From: a bacterium
GTDB taxonomy: Bacteria; Muiribacteriota; UBA6191
NCBI GenBank assembly: GCA_036339875.1
Contig: JAYZAC010000192.1
Location: 1-13,574 of the forward strand
DNA: 13,574 bases
Direction: 5' to 3'
Shown: positions 8,139-13,574 of the stretch, in pieces
How positions within the stretch are numbered: position 1 is the stretch's first letter
Layout: every line of letters starts with the position of its first letter
Notes under the pieces: generated by a model
Told to the model about the DNA's origin: nothing
Databases searched by the model: none
Seen by the model: the letters and a program-made list of their open reading frames with translations, nothing else
Program-made: the position numbers and the translations under genes

Positions 8139-8175
8139 CCTAGTTTGAGTCAATCATTATAAACGAGACAAGCGA

Positions 8176-9564
8176 TCATAATCCTGTCATTTTTGCTGGA
8201 TCAACCCATTCATCAAATTGCTCGGAGGAAAGAAATCCGAGGGATAAAGCTGCCTGTTTCAGCGTACTATTTTCTTTGTATGCTTTCTTAGCAATTTGAG
8301 CAGCTTTATCATAACCAATATGAGGGTTGAGTGCCGTAACTAGCATTAATGAATTATCTAGATATTCTTTTATCTTAGGCAGATTCGGTTCGATTCCTGT
8401 AATACAATTCTTACGAAAACTGTCACATCCATCTGCCAAAATTCGCGATGATTCAAGAAGGTTATGAATCATTACTGGTTTATAAGTATTAAGTTCAAAA
8501 CTTCCTTGACTTGCGGCAAAAGCAACTGCAGCATCGTTTCCATAGACTTGCGTCACAACCATAGTAAGAGCTTCTACCTGAGTAGGATTGACCTTACCTG
8601 GCATGATAGAGCTACCCGGTTCATTCTCAGGGATTAGCAATTCTCCAATACCGCAACGAGGTCCTGAAGCTAGCCATCGAACATCATTACCAATCTTCAT
8701 TAACGCTCCCGCCAATGTGCGCATTGCTGAGCTAGCGAACGCGATCGCATCATGAGCCGCAATAGATTCGAATTTGACAGGAGAAGAGATAAAATTGTGT
8801 CCAGTTACTTCATTTATTTTCTGAACGACTTTATGGCTGAATTCGGGATGCGCATTCAAACCGGTTCCAACTGCAGTACCGCCTATTGGAACTTCTTTAA
8901 GATGAGTAATGGATGCTTCAATTCTTTCAAGTGAGTGATCTAGTTGAGAAACCCATCCTGAGATTTCTTGACCTAAGGTAAGTGGCACTGCGTCTTGTAA
9001 ATGCGTACGTCCAGTTTTAACTACATCCATGAATATTGCAGCTTTGGCATGTAAGGCATCGCGAAGTTTACTAACTGATGGAATTAAGCTTTCCGATAAT
9101 TCGCAGACTGCAGCAATTCGCATTGCAGTTGGAAAAGTATCGTTGCTACTTTGACCTTTGTTACAATCATCATTGGGATGTACCGGTGTTTTACTTCCCA
9201 ATTCACCATTTACAAGCTCTATGGCTCGATTACTGATCACCTCATTAGTATTCATGTTAAATTGAGTTCCACTTCCTGTTTGAAAGACTACAAGAGGAAA
9301 ATGATCGTCCAGTTTACCTTCAATAACTTCTTGTGCGGCCCTGCAGACAAGATCTGATTTTTCAGGGTCCATAACGCCCAATTGACCATTAGCCCAAGCA
9401 CAGCTGAGTTTTAGTACGCCGTATGCACGTATGAAAGGTCTTGTGAAAAAGATCTCACCAATTTCAAAATTTTGAAGGGAGCGCTGCGTTTGTGCACCCC
9501 AATAGCGGTCGTTTGCCACTTCAATTTGACCCATACTATCAGATTCGATTCTAACTGCAGACAT
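8176..9564 (-). CDS. fumC: Class II fumarate hydratase
   Basis: [35 protein letters not shown] and [11 protein letters not shown] motifs; AAAGGA ribosome-binding site upstream. Confidence 0.97.
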   Translation of the reverse strand: MSAVRIESDSMGQIEVANDRYWGAQTQRSLQNFEIGEIFFTRPFIRAYGVLKLSCAWANGQLGVMDPEKSDLVCRAAQEVIEGKLDDHFPLVVFQTGSGTQFNMNTNEVISNRAIELVNGELGSKTPVHPNDDCNKGQSSNDTFPTAMRIAAVCELSESLIPSVSKLRDALHAKAAIFMDVVKTGRTHLQDAVPLTLGQEISGWVSQLDHSLERIEASITHLKEVPIGGTAVGTGLNAHPEFSHKVVQKINEVTGHNFISSPVKFESIAAHDAIAFASSAMRTLAGALMKIGNDVRWLASGPRCGIGELLIPENEPGSSIMPGKVNPTQVEALTMVVTQVYGNDAAVAFAASQGSFELNTYKPVMIHNLLESSRILADGCDSFRKNCITGIEPNLPKIKEYLDNSLMLVTALNPHIGYDKAAQIAKKAYKENSTLKQAALSLGFLSSEQFDEWVDPAKMTGL

Positions 9565-9607
9565 TCTTATTCCTTTCTAAAACTAGCCATACTTGAGGGC
9601 GCTAGCG

Positions 9608-9616
9608 ATTATAGCA
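9608..9616 (-). promoter_or_regulatory. Extended -10 promoter for fumC
   Basis: Minus strand reads TGCTATAAT (TGnTATAAT), 43 nt upstream of the fumC ATG. Confidence 0.6.
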
Positions 9617-9689
9617 GAGCTGCTATTGAGCTGTCCTGTTCTCGATTATAAGAAAAGATTATAAATGGGTTTCTTAATTAGAGGTTTTC

Positions 9690-10916
9690 CTATTGCTTTG
9701 CAAGTTCAACCATATAAGCCAATCCTAGTTTGGCAAATTTGGCTGCATGTTCACCGTTATCATTTGATTTATCAATCGTATCGCGCGATGTGTGGATGTG
9801 TGGGTTTCCATCTTGCATTGTAGCTTCATGAGGCATGCTTGCAGGGTAACCGTTTTTGGACCACGATGCATGGTCAGAACAGGCATATCCGCAACGACTG
9901 TAGCCCCATGGAACTTTTACATATCGATCAATAAGTTGTCCTAAAAATTGATTTTGTGCAGTATTAGTGTAATCATCCATCATGACAATGTCATATTCAT
10001 CATTGCCCTTGTAATTGGTCATATCAAGTTGGATAACTCCAACGACATGCTTATTTTCTTGTTTATACTTTTTGGCAATCAAGTTTGAACCTACTAAGCC
10101 AACCTCTTCGGCCGCATATGCCATGAATTGAACAGTTTTGTAAGGCTTGTAATCGTGTGTCATAGCTACCCTAATAATTTCTGTCATAGTAGCAATTCCT
10201 GAAGCGTTGTCATCTGCCCCTGGAGCATGACTCTTACTACCACCCCAATATCCAGCTATGGAATCAGCATGACCTCCAATTACAATGATTTCGTCTGTCT
10301 CAGAGCTACCCTCTATAGTTAAGATGACACTCTGTTGAGGAAAGCGAGGATGATCCATTAATTCTAATGACACATCACTTCTACCATTAGTTAGTGAGAA
10401 CCATTTTTCACCAATCCACTTTGATGACTCTACGCCCGACTTCGATCTATAATAGCGATTCTGATAGCTACTCAAATGATTGATGACTTCCGCAATTTTC
10501 GTTTCATCGACGTCTGCCAACATGGGTATAACAATTTCATCCTGATCGATAGAATATTCTAAAAACTGGTGCTGTCGAATCCACTTTCGTTTGCGAACAC
10601 CATTTAGTGTTTGCTTTGCATCCTCATAGGATTCATGAACTATAAAACCACCACATCGATGATGTTCATCATGCATATGATCGGATAGAGCATTTCTTTC
10701 GGATTCACGAAGTTTCATAACCGCGATTCCGTCACGAACATCCATTTTTTTCATTAAATTACCAAATTGTTTTTGTAGCCCTGGTAAGGCATCAGCGCCT
10801 ATGGTAATCCAATGTTCAACTTCTTTTTTGGCAGCTGTCCTAGTTTGAGCGGAAACTATGGAGATAGAAGTGATCAGGAGGGATAGTAAGAGTTTATTCG
10901 TTAATTTGATTTTCAT
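9690..10916 (-). CDS. Secreted M28 zinc aminopeptidase (bacterial leucyl aminopeptidase, Vibrio/Aeromonas LAP-like) with propeptide
   Basis: Signal peptide and propeptide (RCGGF). Metal/catalytic motifs GGHADS, GADDNASG, AAEEVGLVGS, QLDM, CGYACSDHASW and PHIHT. Confidence 0.93.
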   Translation of the reverse strand: MKIKLTNKLLLSLLITSISIVSAQTRTAAKKEVEHWITIGADALPGLQKQFGNLMKKMDVRDGIAVMKLRESERNALSDHMHDEHHRCGGFIVHESYEDAKQTLNGVRKRKWIRQHQFLEYSIDQDEIVIPMLADVDETKIAEVINHLSSYQNRYYRSKSGVESSKWIGEKWFSLTNGRSDVSLELMDHPRFPQQSVILTIEGSSETDEIIVIGGHADSIAGYWGGSKSHAPGADDNASGIATMTEIIRVAMTHDYKPYKTVQFMAYAAEEVGLVGSNLIAKKYKQENKHVVGVIQLDMTNYKGNDEYDIVMMDDYTNTAQNQFLGQLIDRYVKVPWGYSRCGYACSDHASWSKNGYPASMPHEATMQDGNPHIHTSRDTIDKSNDNGEHAAKFAKLGLAYMVELAKQ

Positions 10917-10952
10917 GAATTTTCCGATTTTACAGAATTGTTAATAGTTAGA

Positions 10953-10980
10953 ATTCTAAATTTTATTTCAGCTTTGACAA
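10953..10980 (-). promoter_or_regulatory. Putative sigma70 promoter for the aminopeptidase gene
   Basis: Minus strand TTGTCA (10980-10975), 16-nt spacer, TAGAAT (10958-10953). Confidence 0.45.
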
Positions 10981-11121
10981 GTATCTATATCTTATTGACA
11001 ATCAGAATGGTCGAAACGGCGCCAGAACCTGTATGGTTCGACTATACTTTTTTGATGTTAGCCGGCGCCGAGCTGGCCCTTGGTTATGCTGATTCCATTG
11101 GAATCATGAAAAAAATTGGAG

Positions 11122-11194
11122 TACTCCCAAGGGGATTCGAACCCCTGTGTTCGCCGTGAAAGGGCGACATCCTAGGCCGCTAGATGATGGGAGC
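11122..11194 (-). tRNA. tRNA-Glu (anticodon TTC)
   Basis: Reverse complement GCTCCCATCATCTAGCGGCCTAGGATGTCGCCCTTTCACGGCGAACACAGGGGTTCGAATCCCCTTGGGAGTA folds as a cloverleaf with anticodon loop CT-TTC-AC; CCA is not encoded directly after the discriminator. Confidence 0.97.
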
Positions 11195-11204
11195 CTCCAT
11201 CAGA

Positions 11205-11277
11205 TGGGTCTACAGGGATTTGAACCCCGGACCAATCGATTATGAGTCGACTGCTCTAACCACTGAGCTATAGACCC
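11205..11277 (-). tRNA. tRNA with CAT anticodon, most likely tRNA-Ile2 (lysidine-modified) rather than Met
   Basis: Reverse complement GGGTCTATAGCTCAGTGGTTAGAGCAGTCGACTCATAATCGATTGGTCCGGGGTTCAAATCCCTGTAGACCCA. The loop CT-CAT-AA and the arm CGACTCATAATCG resemble ileX-type tRNAs. The 1:72 pair and the lack of a GGG/CCC anticodon stem exclude fMet. No encoded CCA. Confidence 0.93.
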
Positions 11278-11293
11278 ATAACCAAGGACTCGT

Positions 11294-11347
11294 AATTTAG
11301 CACCCCGCAAATTACGTGTCAAGATCAAATCAGATACAAAAAAAAAA
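11294..11347 (-). promoter_or_regulatory. sigma70 promoter of the tRNA pair, with a probable UP element
   Basis: Minus strand TTGACA (11322-11317), 17-nt spacer ending in TGC, TAAATT (11299-11294); 10-nt A/T tract at 11338-11347 upstream of the -35. Confidence 0.75.
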
Positions 11348-11408
11348 TGGTCAACATATACGCATGTAAATGCTAATGATAATCTACGTTTGAAGAGTCT
11401 AAAAAAAA

Positions 11409-12029
11409 TTAGAATAATTGTGAGGTTTGACTATGCTCTTGTACCTTATCTTCAACTAAATCCTCTAAATTGTTAGCTACCTTTTGTAAGCGACGATTTA
11501 TATTCAAAATTTGAAGGTATTCCTGTTTTTCATATGGACTCTCAAGGAAGTAATGGCAACAAAAATTACTCAGAACTGCCGGGTCGGTTATAAATGAGAC
11601 CGCTTGCAACATTGCCTCTGGTTTCGCTTGTGTTAGAAATATATAGCGCTTTATTAATTTGGACAAACGCATAGAATCATCATGAGCCTGATCTTCGTCC
11701 ATGACATAGTCTCGTATTATCTTACCCTTACCAACCATTATTGGGTCGCTTAGCGGACAATGATCTACGAAAAATTTATCTAATCCTCTAATCGTTATTT
11801 GAAACGTGGAGGCATCCACTGTCTCCAGCTCCTCCATCAATACCAAACAGGCAGTCTGATAAAAATACTCATCATCCTTAATCATCAGGCTCACCAAAAA
11901 TTTCTTATTAAGGTGGTCAAGCTCATTAAGAAGTCGACCAACATATGGGTCGGCTGTTTGGATGGTAGTAAGAAGTCCAGGAAACATTACAAAATTACGT
12001 AGTGGCAAAACAGGATAAGTTTGTTCCAT
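11409..12029 (-). CDS. Stand-alone LON peptidase substrate-binding (N-terminal) domain protein
   Basis: YPVLPLRNFVMFPG, ITIRGLDKF and EKQEYLQILNINRRLQKV motifs. At 206 aa it has no Walker motifs and no protease domain. Confidence 0.85.
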   Translation of the reverse strand: MEQTYPVLPLRNFVMFPGLLTTIQTADPYVGRLLNELDHLNKKFLVSLMIKDDEYFYQTACLVLMEELETVDASTFQITIRGLDKFFVDHCPLSDPIMVGKGKIIRDYVMDEDQAHDDSMRLSKLIKRYIFLTQAKPEAMLQAVSFITDPAVLSNFCCHYFLESPYEKQEYLQILNINRRLQKVANNLEDLVEDKVQEHSQTSQLF

Positions 12030-12066
12030 AAGCAGTCTCTCGCTTGAACCGAAGTTTGTTGTATCG

Positions 12067-12075
12067 TGCTACAAT
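12067..12075 (+). promoter_or_regulatory. Extended -10 promoter for the membrane protein gene
   Basis: TGCTACAAT about 53 nt upstream of ATG 12129; AAGGAAGGA ribosome-binding site at 12110-12118. Confidence 0.5.
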
Positions 12076-12128
12076 CCTATTCAGTATATCACTGCAACGT
12101 CTGCACTTAAAGGAAGGACCCAGAATTC

Positions 12129-13574
12129 ATGAAGATGTCTTCAATTTGGCAAAGAGTTCGCTGGTTATTTATGGCATTTCAAGACTCTGTTCGCTATCAC
12201 TTAAGTTTAACTGGACGACCTGGGTCTCTAATTGCTCAGCTTTTTATAAAATCTTTCTTAAAATCCTTCGGTTATATTTTCAGTTTCTTAATTTTTGCCT
12301 ATCTAGGTATCAAAGGTGTGTTGTTTGCGAATCTTGGTTTCGATTCTATTCAATGGGCCTATTCAATAGGTCTGTGGATTACTTTTTTTGTAATTAGTCG
12401 AGTCTTATTCAATAGAATTAGAATAGGTTGGATGCTATCAGTAGATAGTTTTTTTAGGCTTAATACCCATACTGGTCTAAAAGCCGCTTTTTCTGAAGGT
12501 AAAGAATATACCAAATTCTGGACTTCGGCCTCTAAGAACGCAGCCATGTCGCCAAAGGGAGTCGATCACCAGCTATTAGGTAATGTTGAATTCTATCGAT
12601 TATTAATTGGACATTCCGAATCTGCAATCAATTCTTGGTATAACGATGCACTACAAAATTACTTTATCGAAATGAAACAAAGAATCAGAGGCCGTCGAGA
12701 TTCTATTTTTTACACGAGTATTATATTTCTATATTTTTATGTCGTTACGGCTTTCTTTCCAGTGTTGGATATTTTTCAGCAAAACCCATTTCAGCTTGTT
12801 GCATCCGTAAGCTTTAATGCTACGAATATGTTGGCGCTATCGAGTTGTTTGGCAGCAGTCTATGCATTTTTTGAAACGAGACAGGTGGGTGCTCAAAAAA
12901 TACATTTACAAGCATTTTGTTTACGAATTGCGGAGCAAAATATTCGCGCTGCTGAAGAACATAGAGACTCAATTTTAAGTCTTGACCGTGATACCAGATT
13001 TAGTTTGGCGGGCACATTAAAAGGTCCACTTTCTATGGATTTTTATCTACTATTGTTTCCTGCTTTGTTAGGTGTCTTCCTTTACTATTTTACAGATTTT
13101 TTTGCACAGTTATTTACTATTTTATTGTTTTGTCTACTACCTAATTTGTGTAGAAATATTGATAAATCAAGATTATTTTTGAAAATGCGAATCGTTAGTC
13201 AGGGAGAAACTTCGAATTCCATGGTTCTAATGAAGGTAGTATTCCTATTTCTAGAGTTACTCACACTTTGCCTTATTGTAAGTTTTACACTTCCATATTT
13301 TTCGATGGTTCCAAACGTAAATAATCTAATCACATTTTATTTTAGTAACGACCTGAGATTTTTTCTACCGATGATAATTTTCTTATTCGCTATCATCCTT
13401 CTGGGATGGTCTAAAAATGCTTCGATAAGCCAACGAGAAGCACACGAATACAGTTTTGTATTAATTATGTTTACGGCTGGTTTAGGGTTTGCTGTATTAA
13501 AGGGTTACTTCGTGGCTTTTATTTATTCCCTGCCAGCACTTGGGCTGGTATGTTTACGTTTGATTACCAAAATG
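12129..13574 (+). CDS. Hypothetical multi-pass membrane protein, 3'-truncated by the window edge (not in the ORF track)
   Basis: Manual translation is open for 482 codons from ATG 12129 (MKMSSIWQRVRWLFMAF...) to the window end (...LGLVCLRLITKM). There is an in-frame TAA at 12108, a purine-rich RBS and about ten hydrophobic segments. Confidence 0.85.
   Translation, partial: MKMSSIWQRVRWLFMAFQDSVRYHLSLTGRPGSLIAQLFIKSFLKSFGYIFSFLIFAYLGIKGVLFANLGFDSIQWAYSIGLWITFFVISRVLFNRIRIGWMLSVDSFFRLNTHTGLKAAFSEGKEYTKFWTSASKNAAMSPKGVDHQLLGNVEFYRLLIGHSESAINSWYNDALQNYFIEMKQRIRGRRDSIFYTSIIFLYFYVVTAFFPVLDIFQQNPFQLVASVSFNATNMLALSSCLAAVYAFFETRQVGAQKIHLQAFCLRIAEQNIRAAEEHRDSILSLDRDTRFSLAGTLKGPLSMDFYLLLFPALLGVFLYYFTDFFAQLFTILLFCLLPNLCRNIDKSRLFLKMRIVSQGETSNSMVLMKVVFLFLELLTLCLIVSFTLPYFSMVPNVNNLITFYFSNDLRFFLPMIIFLFAIILLGWSKNASISQREAHEYSFVLIMFTAGLGFAVLKGYFVAFIYSLPALGLVCLRLITKM

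Noticed and set aside
8131..8175. Bidirectional terminator between convergent nadK and fumC
   Set aside because: Only a weak AT-rich dyad (TTGACT/AGTCAA) with no T-tracts.
8752..9357. Plus-strand ORFs 8752-8934 and 9151-9357
   Set aside because: Antisense shadows of fumC.
11122..11277. Prophage or integrative element at the tRNA genes
   Set aside because: No integrase and no duplicated tRNA 3' end (att site) in the window.
11401..11408. T8 run after the LON-domain stop as a terminator
   Set aside because: No GC-rich hairpin precedes it.
11799..12547. ORFs 11799-12002, 12044-12397 and 12359-12547
   Set aside because: Shadows of the LON-domain gene or of the much longer RBS-supported frame starting at 12129.

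Overview
AT-rich bacterial chromosomal window with no mobile element, CRISPR array or defence system visible. The + strand carries a compact type IV pilus/T2SS-family secretin (PilQ/HofQ-like) followed by a strong hairpin. Next comes a tightly packed run: a large PilX/GspK-type (ComZ-like) minor pilin, tatC, an MqnP/UbiA prenyltransferase, ubiX, trxA, an exported TPR protein and NAD kinase. The - strand carries fumC, a secreted M28 leucyl aminopeptidase, a tRNA-Ile2(CAT)/tRNA-Glu(TTC) pair and a stand-alone LON substrate-binding-domain protein. A multi-pass membrane protein of at least 482 aa, missing from the ORF track, starts at 12129 and runs off the right edge. The most interesting signals are a possible atypical pilus/DNA-uptake set (a secretin with an acidic DF/FG tail, a pilin with a predicted beta-solenoid, and a TPR protein with a pilin-head-like insert) and leader/trailer pairing around tRNA-Glu. 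All family calls come from motif recognition by eye; no searches were run.
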